Virus record (IMG/VR): IMGVR_UViG_3300028886_000082
Location: 10,243 to 74,242 of that record
DNA from: a virus
Lineage: Duplodnaviria > Caudoviricetes
Length of the DNA: 64,000 nucleotides
Direction: 5' to 3' (one strand)
A program made the translations under genes and the position numbers. The stretch's first letter is position 1. Each line of letters starts with the position of its first letter. Positions 17,933-27,713 of the stretch are shown here, one piece after another. The notes below the pieces were generated by a model. The model was not told where the DNA came from and searched no databases. It saw only the letters and a list, made by a program, of their open reading frames with translations.

Positions 17933-19651
17933 TTATACGGCTGAGGTATAGCCCGTGTACTCTACCCAAGCATTGGTCTGGTACTGCCATACCGTACCTG
18001 CCTTATAGGTAACGTCTGGATCGCCGCTTACGGTGAAGTCTGCGGTCAGAGCAACGATAGTACCGTTTGCTGGGTTAGATGGAAGCTCTGCGCTTGATAC
18101 AACCTGTGTACGTGAAGCGGTGTCAGGCAGCGAGTAGATGATGCTGCTTGGGCCTACGATGATAGAGTTGTAACCGCGAAGTGCGATACAGTCTGCCTCG
18201 TAGTGAATCTCGCGTTTTGCATCGCGAATCTCGCCTGCGCCCTTTGTCATGTCGTTGGTAAACTCCTTCTCGCCAATCTTCACATAACGGGTAGCACCCT
18301 CAAGGTCGAGAACTACGCAGACCTTATCCATGCCGATGGCATCTAGACCCTGATCCCAAGTGAAATCGGTTGTACCGAATGTGGTCTTGAGGCGCTTGAA
18401 GTCGATATCCAGCTCCTTAACATCCTCCATCTTGATGATGCGCTTGTTGTCGCCCATGTCGAGGTTCAACAGCCACTGCATAAAGGTAGAACCGCAGAAT
18501 GCGTATGAATGAGAGTTCTGAGAGAATGTGGTGTGCTGCAGCTTGGAGATAGCGATCAGGTCACCCACGGTGATGTGGCCATCCTCTACAGAGTAAGAGT
18601 TGGTTACCTGCCACAGAATACCCTTAGAGCCGTATGCATCCTCAACACTCTGGTCACCGTTGATAACTGGGAATCTGGTCTTTGCACCCATCCAGTAGGT
18701 ACGCTCTGCACGGAGGTTGTAGTTGCGGATGGCGTTGGCCTTTACGTCTGCAATGTGCCAAGGCATCTTCTTCTTCACCTTCTCGAAGTCGTTAGTCCAA
18801 ACGATGTTTAGCAACTTCTTCTGTACGGTGAATTCCTCGTAACGTGGCTGGTAGTTCTCAGGAGTAATGAGCAACTGGCTCTCACCTGCGATACTTGCAC
18901 CTGCGCAGAGGTAAGCGTTTGCGGGCAGACCCTTATTTGAGCTTACACCATTTGCGCCAAACTCACGTACCTCGTAGGTGTCGCCTGCGGTTGCACCACT
19001 CTTCAGCGGGCCGTTGATAGGAACAACGAGCACATAGCTTGTGGTAACGTCAACAACAAACAACTCCAAGCAACCCTCTACGGTTGTACCATCCTCAGCG
19101 TAACCATCGATGAACGGACAGAAGATCGTAGTGCCCTTGTAGAATGCCTTGAGAGAACCTGTAAAGTTAGAGGTTGTCAGCTTCAAACTTCCGTCAGTCT
19201 CTTGTGTGATGGCACTTGAAGTACGACCATCCAGTGTATCACCACCAATGCGTGCATGCTTTATCGACCAGTTCTGAATCTGGACTTTGCGTGCGACACG
19301 ACGCGCAATGGATAGTAAGGGCGTACGCCACGGCTGAAACTGTGTAATACCCTTATCCCACTCGTCGTCGATGTTGTCCTCGCGGCGCTGCTGCGAAGAA
19401 CTCAGCTGTGTTCCGTTCAAGGTCTCACCTACAGTACCGTCACCGGGAATGTGAAGGTCATTGTTGGCAGGGTTTGCCGGCTCGTTGGCAGCGACCTCAG
19501 AAGCCGTTGCTGGAAGTGCGCCCTCATCGCCAATAGGTGCATCATTCACTACGGTAGCGGTTGCCATTGCTCCACCACCACTGACTACGGCAAGGACAAA
19601 CAGCGCAAAGCTGAGGACTTGCCAAATGTTCACGTTCTTAATCTTTTTCAT
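17933..19651 (-). CDS. major capsid protein with signal-peptide/TM-like N-terminus
   Basis: Size, position after the scaffold, strong terminator; TPLLSIA, AERTYWMGAK, KGILWQV segments resemble HK97-fold capsid proteins. Confidence 0.75.
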   Translation of the reverse strand: MKKIKNVNIWQVLSFALFVLAVVSGGGAMATATVVNDAPIGDEGALPATASEVAANEPANPANNDLHIPGDGTVGETLNGTQLSSSQQRREDNIDDEWDKGITQFQPWRTPLLSIARRVARKVQIQNWSIKHARIGGDTLDGRTSSAITQETDGSLKLTTSNFTGSLKAFYKGTTIFCPFIDGYAEDGTTVEGCLELFVVDVTTSYVLVVPINGPLKSGATAGDTYEVREFGANGVSSNKGLPANAYLCAGASIAGESQLLITPENYQPRYEEFTVQKKLLNIVWTNDFEKVKKKMPWHIADVKANAIRNYNLRAERTYWMGAKTRFPVINGDQSVEDAYGSKGILWQVTNSYSVEDGHITVGDLIAISKLQHTTFSQNSHSYAFCGSTFMQWLLNLDMGDNKRIIKMEDVKELDIDFKRLKTTFGTTDFTWDQGLDAIGMDKVCVVLDLEGATRYVKIGEKEFTNDMTKGAGEIRDAKREIHYEADCIALRGYNSIIVGPSSIIYSLPDTASRTQVVSSAELPSNPANGTIVALTADFTVSGDPDVTYKAGTVWQYQTNAWVEYTGYTSAV

Positions 19652-19681
19652 TTTACTAGGATTTTTATTTTGTTCTCGGAT

Positions 19682-20464
19682 TTAATATCCCCATTTCTTC
19701 ATATCACCAAAGTCCATTGACATGCTCTTTTTCTTCTGCTTCGGAGCAACCGACTGACCGCCATTCTGCGAGAATGAAGGTGGAACCTGCTGCTCGTCGA
19801 AAGTCTTGAGCTTGTTGGTATGCTTCTCGTTACGTGCCTGCATAGCAGCCTCTTCACGTGCATTGGCCATGTCCTGATTGTAGTTCATGGCGTGCATGAT
19901 GGCAGTCCATGTATCTTTGCTTACCTCTCCGCTGAATGCAGGAAGCCAAACCTCATCCCAGAAGTATTCGAACATACGGTTTTTCTGCTCGTCACTCAGA
20001 CCTACTTCGGCCTGCAGTGCGTCAAGCTCTTCGATACTTCTTGCGATGGCCTCGTCCTTTGCCTGCTCTGCGGCTTCTCCTTCGGCCTGCTTCTTCGTCC
20101 ATTCGTCAAAAGCACCCGTGACTTTATCCATCACCTCCGGGTCTTCTAGTGCGGCCTTGATGTCGATGCCGTTCTTGGCCATCCATACAAGTGGGTTCTC
20201 TTCATCATCCATCAGCATAGCGCCAATCCAACGATGCTTGTCTAGGATGCCGGAAAGCTTCTTGCCCGATTCACGTAGTCCGCGATAACGCTCACGTTCT
20301 TCTGCCATGCGTCCGTAGCGTGCCTCCTTATCCTCAAAGTCCACATCGGGATTATCCTCTGCAAACATCGAAGAATAGCGGTCACGGTTAGGCCTTGCTG
20401 GCTGCTCGGTAGGCTGCTGTGCTACAGCGGCTCCCTGCTCCAATGGTTTCTTTTCTTCTGCCAT
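19682..20464 (-). CDS. putative capsid scaffolding protein
   Basis: Acidic, helical, immediately upstream of the capsid gene. Confidence 0.55.
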   Translation of the reverse strand: MAEEKKPLEQGAAVAQQPTEQPARPNRDRYSSMFAEDNPDVDFEDKEARYGRMAEERERYRGLRESGKKLSGILDKHRWIGAMLMDDEENPLVWMAKNGIDIKAALEDPEVMDKVTGAFDEWTKKQAEGEAAEQAKDEAIARSIEELDALQAEVGLSDEQKNRMFEYFWDEVWLPAFSGEVSKDTWTAIMHAMNYNQDMANAREEAAMQARNEKHTNKLKTFDEQQVPPSFSQNGGQSVAPKQKKKSMSMDFGDMKKWGY

Positions 20465-20488
20465 ATAATATTGTGAAAATTTTCACGG

Positions 20489-20588
20489 CAAATATATAAT
20501 ATGTCGTGAAAGTCTTTTCCGTTTCCGAACCTCTGATTTGTGCTAACTTCGGACTCGGAATAAAAAGAGTGTCTTTCGCCTATTTTTG
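20489..20588. promoter_or_regulatory. divergent late promoters (capsid operon and portal operon)
   Basis: Minus: TCGGAAACGGA-N21-TATATTTG (20528-20489). Plus: TCGGACTCGGA-N21-TATTTTTG (20549-20588). Confidence 0.75.
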
Positions 20589-20610
20589 CGGCATAAATCA
20601 GAGATAAGAA

Positions 20611-22593
20611 ATGGCTAAGATAAGAGCTTTATCATCGGTAATGCCAAAGGGCGCAATCCACGATTCGGTACGCAACCGCAAGCGTCAGTCGGTTGTGTCG
20701 AATGGCTTGCGTGTCAGAAAGCGCCGCCGCAAGGATTATGACTTCTTTCTACGCTGTCAGCAGGCTTGGAATAATCTTGAAGATGTCCGCCAGACCCGTG
20801 AACGTGTAAAGCAGTATGTCTATGGCGACCAGTGGAGTGACGTGATTCAATATCGTTACGGGCAGATAACAGAGCGCAAGTATATACAGCTTAAAGGCAA
20901 CGTACCACTGCAGAACAACATCATGATTTCGATCCTGAACTCTGTTGTCGGCCTTTATGCAAAGCAGGCAGGCGAACCAAACTGTTTCGCAGTAAAGAAA
21001 AACGCGCAGTGGCTATCAGATATGATGAGCGCAACGATGCAGATGTGCTGGCAGAAAACCTACATGAGCGATGCGCTTAAAACAGCTTTTGAAGATTTCC
21101 TTTTAGGAGGTGTTGCCGTATCAAGAGAGACGTATGAAGAAAATTTCGGATACAAGGACGCATGGACTGGCTTCATAAACCCAAACAAGGCTTTCTGGGA
21201 GGCTGGCTCCGATGTAAGGATGTCTGACTTGCGGCTTGTAGGTGCTCTCTATGATGTTGCGCCAGGCGAACTATACAGAAAGTTCTGTAACAGCAAGTAT
21301 GGATGGACGGTAGAAGAGATTAACGATGTCTTTGACATTGACAAAACCGACTATCATAGATATTACCGTTCTTCCGGCTTGCAGCAGAATGAAGAGGAAA
21401 GCCTAGACATGCTGAGTTTTGACAAGCCTTCTAACGACTCAATGTGCCGACTTATAGAGGTTTGGACGAAGGAGAGCAAGACGCGCTACCAATGCTACGA
21501 CCCACTGGCCGAGAATGGCGACGAAGTGGAGTATCGCGTAGAGGTAAAGGATATATGGCATGTGGATCAGGAGAACCAGCTTCGCATACAACAATATAAG
21601 GAGGTTGGAGTACCAGAAGAGGAATGGGCACTGATAGAATACGAGCTTATAGAAGATGAATATTGGTACTACACCTACATGGCTCCAGATGGTACAATCA
21701 TAGCCGAGGGTGAAAATCCATATGAGACGAAAGACCAGCCGTTCACTATCAAGCTATATCCATACGTAAACAGCGAGGTACACCCGTTCATGGGCAATAT
21801 CATCGACCAGCAGCGTTACATCAACCGCCTTATCATTATGCACGACATGGCGGCACGCTCTGCTGCAAAGGGACTCACAATCTTCCCGATTGAGTCTATA
21901 CCAGACGGTATGACAAAAGAGGATATTGCAGACGAAATGACGGAGTACGACGGAATCCTATTCTTCGAGACAAACAGGATGAACCCGAACCTGCGCCCAG
22001 AGATCATTTCTTCTGGTGCAGTGCAACTTGGTACGCAGGAACTCTTGCAGATGCAGCTTAACCTTGCCAGAGATATTACCAATGTATCTGGAGCACTCCA
22101 AGGCAAGACACCTTCTGCGGGAACATCAGCTGCGCGTTACATGCAGGAAACACAGAACGCCACTACCTCGCTAGAATCTATCATGCAGGACTTCACTTCA
22201 TTCTCCGAGCAGATTGCAAGGAAGAAATGTATGTTCATCAAGCAGTTCTACCGCAACGGGCGACTTGTCACAAACAAGGACAACACGGTACTGTTCGACT
22301 ATGACCGCATGTCATGCCGTGACGTGGATTTCTCAATCAACATCAAGGATTCTGCCAAGACTGCAGCCTTCCAGACCTATGCCAACGATACGGCACTACA
22401 ACTTCTGCAGGGCGGCTTCATAAACATCAAGCAGTATCTCTCTTCTGTCACCATTCCGTTTGCAGACGATCTCTTGCAGCTTATCGAGCGCGACGAGGCA
22501 CAGCAGATGGCTATTCAGCAGCAGTTGGCCGCAATGGGTGGAGCCGACCAGCAGCAAGTCGCTAACGCACAACAAATGTTACAAGCAGCATGA
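20611..22593 (+). CDS. portal protein (P22-like)
   Basis: 660 aa; YVYGDQWS, LQNNI, HPFMGNIIDQQRYINRLI, ITNVSGALQG, Gln-rich C-terminus. Confidence 0.85.
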   Translation: MAKIRALSSVMPKGAIHDSVRNRKRQSVVSNGLRVRKRRRKDYDFFLRCQQAWNNLEDVRQTRERVKQYVYGDQWSDVIQYRYGQITERKYIQLKGNVPLQNNIMISILNSVVGLYAKQAGEPNCFAVKKNAQWLSDMMSATMQMCWQKTYMSDALKTAFEDFLLGGVAVSRETYEENFGYKDAWTGFINPNKAFWEAGSDVRMSDLRLVGALYDVAPGELYRKFCNSKYGWTVEEINDVFDIDKTDYHRYYRSSGLQQNEEESLDMLSFDKPSNDSMCRLIEVWTKESKTRYQCYDPLAENGDEVEYRVEVKDIWHVDQENQLRIQQYKEVGVPEEEWALIEYELIEDEYWYYTYMAPDGTIIAEGENPYETKDQPFTIKLYPYVNSEVHPFMGNIIDQQRYINRLIIMHDMAARSAAKGLTIFPIESIPDGMTKEDIADEMTEYDGILFFETNRMNPNLRPEIISSGAVQLGTQELLQMQLNLARDITNVSGALQGKTPSAGTSAARYMQETQNATTSLESIMQDFTSFSEQIARKKCMFIKQFYRNGRLVTNKDNTVLFDYDRMSCRDVDFSINIKDSAKTAAFQTYANDTALQLLQGGFINIKQYLSSVTIPFADDLLQLIERDEAQQMAIQQQLAAMGGADQQQVANAQQMLQAA

Positions 22594-23057
22594 CAATAAC
22601 AGTAGCAACAGTTATATCGGCAATCAAGCGCCACCTCTCTATCATTGGAAAGCGGCTCTACTCTAAGGACGGAAAGAACATGTTTTCGGACATCACGCTT
22701 TCATCAGCCGAAGAAACGCAGATTCTCACGCAGTACATCAATGCCTCTGCACAAGACGTAGAGGCCGTGTTGAAGCAGTTTATCACGGCTTCTACCTATT
22801 CGGCTTCTACCATTAGCATGACGATTGCAAATACCCGTGGCGATTCTGATTTTGAGGCTCGCTCGCAATCACTTGGCGAGTCGTACATCACCCTAAATTC
22901 CGTTGGCGAATACCTCTCCATGATGCACCCTGACCTTGCAGCAAAGTATCAGCGCGATGCTCGTCAACGCATTGAATCTCTGGTAGAATATGTGTTCTAC
23001 AAAAAACCGCCTACAGCTACGGCTAGCCAAACAAGCGGAACAGCAACAGTATCATAA
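22590..23057 (+). CDS. virion protein, paralogue 1 of a tandem family
   Basis: Ends KKPPTATASQTSGTATVS, similar to the next gene. Confidence 0.75.
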   Translation: MTITVATVISAIKRHLSIIGKRLYSKDGKNMFSDITLSSAEETQILTQYINASAQDVEAVLKQFITASTYSASTISMTIANTRGDSDFEARSQSLGESYITLNSVGEYLSMMHPDLAAKYQRDARQRIESLVEYVFYKKPPTATASQTSGTATVS

Positions 23058-23075
23058 TAAAAACAATATTTCAAT

Positions 23076-23600
23076 ATGGCAACTCTTACTATTACATTGG
23101 ACAAAGCGGCTGTAATCGAAGCCGTGAAGGGCGATACATACATCACCAGCAGCGTAGATCGTGGCGCCGACTCCGTAAAGAACGCTGGCGTAGCATATAA
23201 CGAGGCTGCAGGTGATGATGCTCACCACGACAAGAAAATTGAACGTTTCATTAAGTCGGCTGTGTCGAAGTTTGCTGCAGAACTGGCAGAGTTTATTGAT
23301 ACGGCTTCGGGCGGTAGTATTACGACATCTATTCCAACGAGTGCGACTGGAAATATTACTATTGCTTTGACTGTTACAAGCCGATATAACTCTGGACTGG
23401 CTGATCCACTTTCCGGTATCGCACAGGAGTATATCGTCAATATGACGCTCTATGGATGGTGGATGTCTATCAAACCGGAACTGGCCAAGAACTTTGCCGC
23501 TCTAGCTACCGACGCTCTCGTCTATGTCCGCAAGTGCTTCGCAAAGACCGCACCAACGGCAACAGCATCTCAAACATCAGCAACTGGTTCAGTAGCATAA
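23076..23600 (+). CDS. virion protein, paralogue 2
   Basis: EAAGDD, YIVNMTLYGWW, KCFAKTAP shared with paralogue 3. Confidence 0.75.
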   Translation: MATLTITLDKAAVIEAVKGDTYITSSVDRGADSVKNAGVAYNEAAGDDAHHDKKIERFIKSAVSKFAAELAEFIDTASGGSITTSIPTSATGNITIALTVTSRYNSGLADPLSGIAQEYIVNMTLYGWWMSIKPELAKNFAALATDALVYVRKCFAKTAPTATASQTSATGSVA

Positions 23601-23603
23601 GGT

Positions 23604-24365
23604 ATGAATAAGACTATCACATTAACATTAGTAAAGTCTGTTATTCTTGCTAACGTCAAGAATGAGACTTTCTTTCGTGGGCAAGTCGTAAAAGCGGCTG
23701 ACCAGAAGCTTATCACAGAAGCCTATCACGAACAGGCAGGTGATGAGGCTTATCAGGAAGCGATTCTCAACCGAGGTCTCTATACGAACCTCGAAGAGTT
23801 GAAGACACATTTCTCCGACTATCTCACATCAACGGGACAGTCGTCTGGGGATAACATCAACTCCGAGGAATCTGACGGAAATATTGTTCTTCAACTCAAA
23901 GTAAGCGACCGCTTCAATGGTGGGTATGTAGACTCACTTGCAAAGCTTTCCGCAAAGTATATCGAGGAATCTATGCTGATGGATTGGTGGAAACCCATCA
24001 ACGAAAAGCAGTCTGCCCTTTATGCCCAATTCGTAGAACGTGACTTAGCCGCCATTAAACGATGCTTCAACAAGACAGCCCCCGTCGCTCCTACCTACAG
24101 ATATACTACCTCGCTCAATGTCGTTGGCTCCGCAATAGATATAGGCATTGGCGAAGAGCATACCGTCACCTACTCAATATCGGATGGCGCTATCGACGAT
24201 ATTGAAGTACGTATTGAGGATACGCACATCTGCCAGGCAGGACGCACACAAGAAGGCTTTACAGTTATCGGCAAGCAGCTTGGCCATACCTATATCCAGA
24301 TGTATTCACGTCACGACGAACAGCTCACAAAGACTATTCACGTCTATGTCACTGACCAGTCTTAA
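23604..24365 (+). CDS. virion protein, paralogue 3, with C-terminal Ig-like domain
   Basis: EQAGDE, YIEESMLMDWW, RCFNKTAP, then a beta-rich Big2-like extension. Confidence 0.75.
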   Translation: MNKTITLTLVKSVILANVKNETFFRGQVVKAADQKLITEAYHEQAGDEAYQEAILNRGLYTNLEELKTHFSDYLTSTGQSSGDNINSEESDGNIVLQLKVSDRFNGGYVDSLAKLSAKYIEESMLMDWWKPINEKQSALYAQFVERDLAAIKRCFNKTAPVAPTYRYTTSLNVVGSAIDIGIGEEHTVTYSISDGAIDDIEVRIEDTHICQAGRTQEGFTVIGKQLGHTYIQMYSRHDEQLTKTIHVYVTDQS

Positions 24366-24374
24366 TATATAATA

Positions 24375-25022
24375 ATGTATATGGATTTACTTCATAGCAA
24401 AGAACAGGGAGGCTACAAGCCTATCGACCTGTATCAAGGCCGACCCAAGCCTAACGACAATTGGCCTTATCACAATCACCCAACGACTCCGCACGACCGT
24501 GAGTTTGGTGTCAAAGACCCGAAGTTTGAGCGTCATATCTTCATCGGGCGCGACGATTTGTTTTTTGATATAAACTCACAAGTGCAGATGGTGGCTGAGG
24601 CACGTCCAAAGCAGGACGGTTCGATAGACAATACGCTTGTTGAGGGTGTAGAGAAGTTCCGTTCGATGTTCTACCGCTGGATCGACACGTATATCGGTAA
24701 GGCCAAAACCATCATGTCTGCGTTTGTTCTGGAGAAATTCCGTGAGATTGCCATCAACTCCATCAAGGATGTGGATGAGGTGGATATCACGATGCTCATG
24801 CCCGAATGGTACGACGATACTACGTGGCAGCAACTATGCAATGAGGTCCATAGTTATGTGGTAAACGCCACGCTTTTCGAGTACTTCAAACTAAAACTTA
24901 CGTCAAAAGACCCGGTAACGGTCGATAAGAACGAGGCCATGATGTTCGGAGAGTCCGAAATCCGCAAGCTTTGTAATGCTAACAAGGCAGGAACTATCCA
25001 TAAAAAGTTTAAGCCATTTTGA
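24375..25022 (+). CDS. virion protein, likely paralogue 4
   Basis: HSYVVNATLFEYF resembles the YIVN..L.GWW helix of paralogues 2 and 3. Confidence 0.7.
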   Translation: MYMDLLHSKEQGGYKPIDLYQGRPKPNDNWPYHNHPTTPHDREFGVKDPKFERHIFIGRDDLFFDINSQVQMVAEARPKQDGSIDNTLVEGVEKFRSMFYRWIDTYIGKAKTIMSAFVLEKFREIAINSIKDVDEVDITMLMPEWYDDTTWQQLCNEVHSYVVNATLFEYFKLKLTSKDPVTVDKNEAMMFGESEIRKLCNANKAGTIHKKFKPF

Positions 25023-25537
25023 TGAAAGATAAGGTTATAAGGTTAGTAGTTAGTTTGTTGTTGGTGGGGTCGTATTTCTTTCTTCCGAAGTACGGCTTCA
25101 CCGCTTTTGATGGTTCTGTAAACGCACATATCATAGCCACCCATCTGCTATACCCGTTTTCTCATGCCAACATCTGGCATTTGGCTGCAAATATTCTTTG
25201 CCTTTGGATGATTCCTTGCCGACTTTATATATTCGCAACATACGTAATAGCGGTTTTGTGTTCATTCCTTCCGTCATTCTGTATTTACGACAGCATCGTC
25301 CAAGGTGGTTTTGCTGCCTTGAAAAGTCCCACCTACGGATTCTCCGGGGTACTATTTGCAATAGTTGGCATCTCATGGGGTAAGGTTCACAGATTCCGTG
25401 ATATGATTTGGAAGAACAGGTGGTATCTTGTCGTACCAGCCTTCCTTCCTCACGTCAACTTTCTCATACACACCTACTGCCTCCTTGCAGGCTATCTATA
25501 TGGAACGTTATGCGCAAAGAAATCAAAGAACTCATAG
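25022..25537 (+). CDS. rhomboid-family intramembrane serine protease
   Basis: Several TM helices; HANIWHLAAN, catalytic YGFSG, C-terminal H...LLAG. Confidence 0.8.
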   Translation: MKDKVIRLVVSLLLVGSYFFLPKYGFTAFDGSVNAHIIATHLLYPFSHANIWHLAANILCLWMIPCRLYIFATYVIAVLCSFLPSFCIYDSIVQGGFAALKSPTYGFSGVLFAIVGISWGKVHRFRDMIWKNRWYLVVPAFLPHVNFLIHTYCLLAGYLYGTLCAKKSKNS

Positions 25538-27678
25538 ACGAGAATCATAACCGCCGTATGAAGATTTACGGCCCCTATGACCAGCTATCGGGCATAGGCT
25601 GCTATGGTTTCGCCGAAGGTATGCGCACACACGTCAGCATCCCCGACTTCTTTCTTGGCGACCAGGAGATAACGGATATGTGGGTGCATAAGGAAACGCT
25701 TGAAACGGCCATTTGGTACAATGTCCTGCAGTATGGCTCCATACAGAAGTTCGTAGAGAATCATCTTCATCGTGACTTCGACGAAGAGTATCATTTCGAG
25801 GTGATTACCGCTCTTCTGCAGGCGCGTGCATACGATGATCCTGAATTGGCCTTTATTATCTGCGACAAGATTGTACACAAGCTGACTGGTAGCCTTACGC
25901 CTTTCACGCCTCGATATGCCCAGCGTGTGCTCATTGCTCTGCTTGAAGGCCTGCGCCGCAGTGGAGTGCCTATCCTTGTAGTGCTTCTGAAAGCCCGTCA
26001 GTGGGGAGGCTCCACCCTTGTTCAGATGTACATCAAGTGGATGCAGGAGTATCGCCACCCGAGCGGATGGAATGCAGCTATCGTTGCGCAGGCAGATTCC
26101 ACCGCCAAGAAGATCAAGGCTATGTACCGCAAGGCCGTTGAGTCTCAGCCGGGATGGACGATAGGCATGCCAGGCACTAAGCTTGAAATGTCTCCTTATG
26201 AGCGTTCCGATTCAGACTTCCAGATATCCGACGGTAAGTTCCTCGCCCGTACCTCACTGCTTTCAATCGCTTCGTTCAACTCGTTTGAAAAGTGCCGTGG
26301 CGATAACTACAAGCTGGTACACTATTCAGAGGTGGCCTCATGGAAGAAGACACCCGAACACGACCCAGAGGAAGTGATCTCCAACCTTGAAGGTGGATTC
26401 CTTGGTCTGCCCGACGAATTGGCGGTCTTCGAATCTACTGGCAAGGGTAATTCGGGCTTCTTCTATGACTTGTGTCAAGATGCAATGCGAGAGGATTCCA
26501 CCTCTGCTTATAAGTTCCTGTTCATTCCTTGCTACATGATTGAGAATGACATGGAGCCAAAAGGCCCGAACGGGTTCAACCCTGAGCAGGAAGAGAGTTT
26601 CGCAATCTGGCTCTTCGATAATCGCAATAAGGATACGTGCCCACCAGGATGGAGAGAGAGCGGAAAGTTCTTTTGGAAGATGTGGAAGATGGGCGCTTGC
26701 TTTGAGGCTATCAACTGGTATCGCATCAATCGTAACAAGCACCGTGATCACGGCCACTTCGCTTCCGAGGCTCCTATCGACCCCGTTGAGGCTTTCCGTA
26801 ATTCGGGTAACGCAGTCTTCGATCCCTATGCCATTGATGAACTTAAGGAGGATTGCGATGCACCAAAGAAACCGCTCTATTACGCCGACATTATCTTGAA
26901 GCCGTTTGAGCAACGCTCACGCTCCGTCTATCGTGAGGCTACCATCCGTCAGCGTGAAGATAACCAAGGCGAATTGAAGGTGTGGGCAGCACCAAACAAT
27001 CGGATCTTCAAGGTCAAGAACCGTTACGTGGTGTCAGTGGATATAGGCGGCGCTTCCGACAAGGCCGACTATACCGTTATGACTGTTATCGACCAGATGG
27101 GATTGTGCCGTGAGGTCAAAGGACGCCCGCGTGTCGTAGCCAGGTGGAGAGGCCATGTCCGTCACGACATTCTCGCATGGAAGGCTGCTGCCTTGGCACA
27201 CTTCTACGACGATGCCTTGCTGATTATCGAATCCAATACCGCCGACAGAGAGAAAGATACCAATACCGAAGGCGACCACTTTGGAACCATCATCAATGAG
27301 ATAGCAAAGTTCTATCCTAATCTCTATCAGCGCAACAAGACGCCCGAATCCGTGCAGGAAGGTATCGAACCTATCTACGGATTTCAGACCAATGTCAAAA
27401 CCAAACAGTGGATCATCGACAACCTCATTGCCTGCGTGGATGATAAGCTTTGGGAAGAGCCCGACGAGCAGATGTATGCGGAATTAGGCTGGTACGAGCG
27501 TGACCCAGATACGGGAAAGATGGGCAACCAGCCTGGCTCAAACCGCCATGATGACGTACTCATGTCAACCGCTATCGGCCTCTATGTCTGCTACAATAAC
27601 GACATCTACCGCCCATCATGGAACAACGAGCGTCCACGTCAGCGCGACCACACTCTCCCCATCGAGTCCACTTTCTAA
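25510..27678 (+). CDS. terL: terminase large subunit
   Basis: Walker A LKARQWGGST, Walker B VHYSEVA, VFESTGKG, RNase H-like SVDIGG, HDDVLM. Confidence 0.92.
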   Translation: MRKEIKELIDENHNRRMKIYGPYDQLSGIGCYGFAEGMRTHVSIPDFFLGDQEITDMWVHKETLETAIWYNVLQYGSIQKFVENHLHRDFDEEYHFEVITALLQARAYDDPELAFIICDKIVHKLTGSLTPFTPRYAQRVLIALLEGLRRSGVPILVVLLKARQWGGSTLVQMYIKWMQEYRHPSGWNAAIVAQADSTAKKIKAMYRKAVESQPGWTIGMPGTKLEMSPYERSDSDFQISDGKFLARTSLLSIASFNSFEKCRGDNYKLVHYSEVASWKKTPEHDPEEVISNLEGGFLGLPDELAVFESTGKGNSGFFYDLCQDAMREDSTSAYKFLFIPCYMIENDMEPKGPNGFNPEQEESFAIWLFDNRNKDTCPPGWRESGKFFWKMWKMGACFEAINWYRINRNKHRDHGHFASEAPIDPVEAFRNSGNAVFDPYAIDELKEDCDAPKKPLYYADIILKPFEQRSRSVYREATIRQREDNQGELKVWAAPNNRIFKVKNRYVVSVDIGGASDKADYTVMTVIDQMGLCREVKGRPRVVARWRGHVRHDILAWKAAALAHFYDDALLIIESNTADREKDTNTEGDHFGTIINEIAKFYPNLYQRNKTPESVQEGIEPIYGFQTNVKTKQWIIDNLIACVDDKLWEEPDEQMYAELGWYERDPDTGKMGNQPGSNRHDDVLMSTAIGLYVCYNNDIYRPSWNNERPRQRDHTLPIESTF

Positions 27679-27713
27679 TGAATATCTTCGGTTCAATTAA
27701 ATACAAATAAGCT

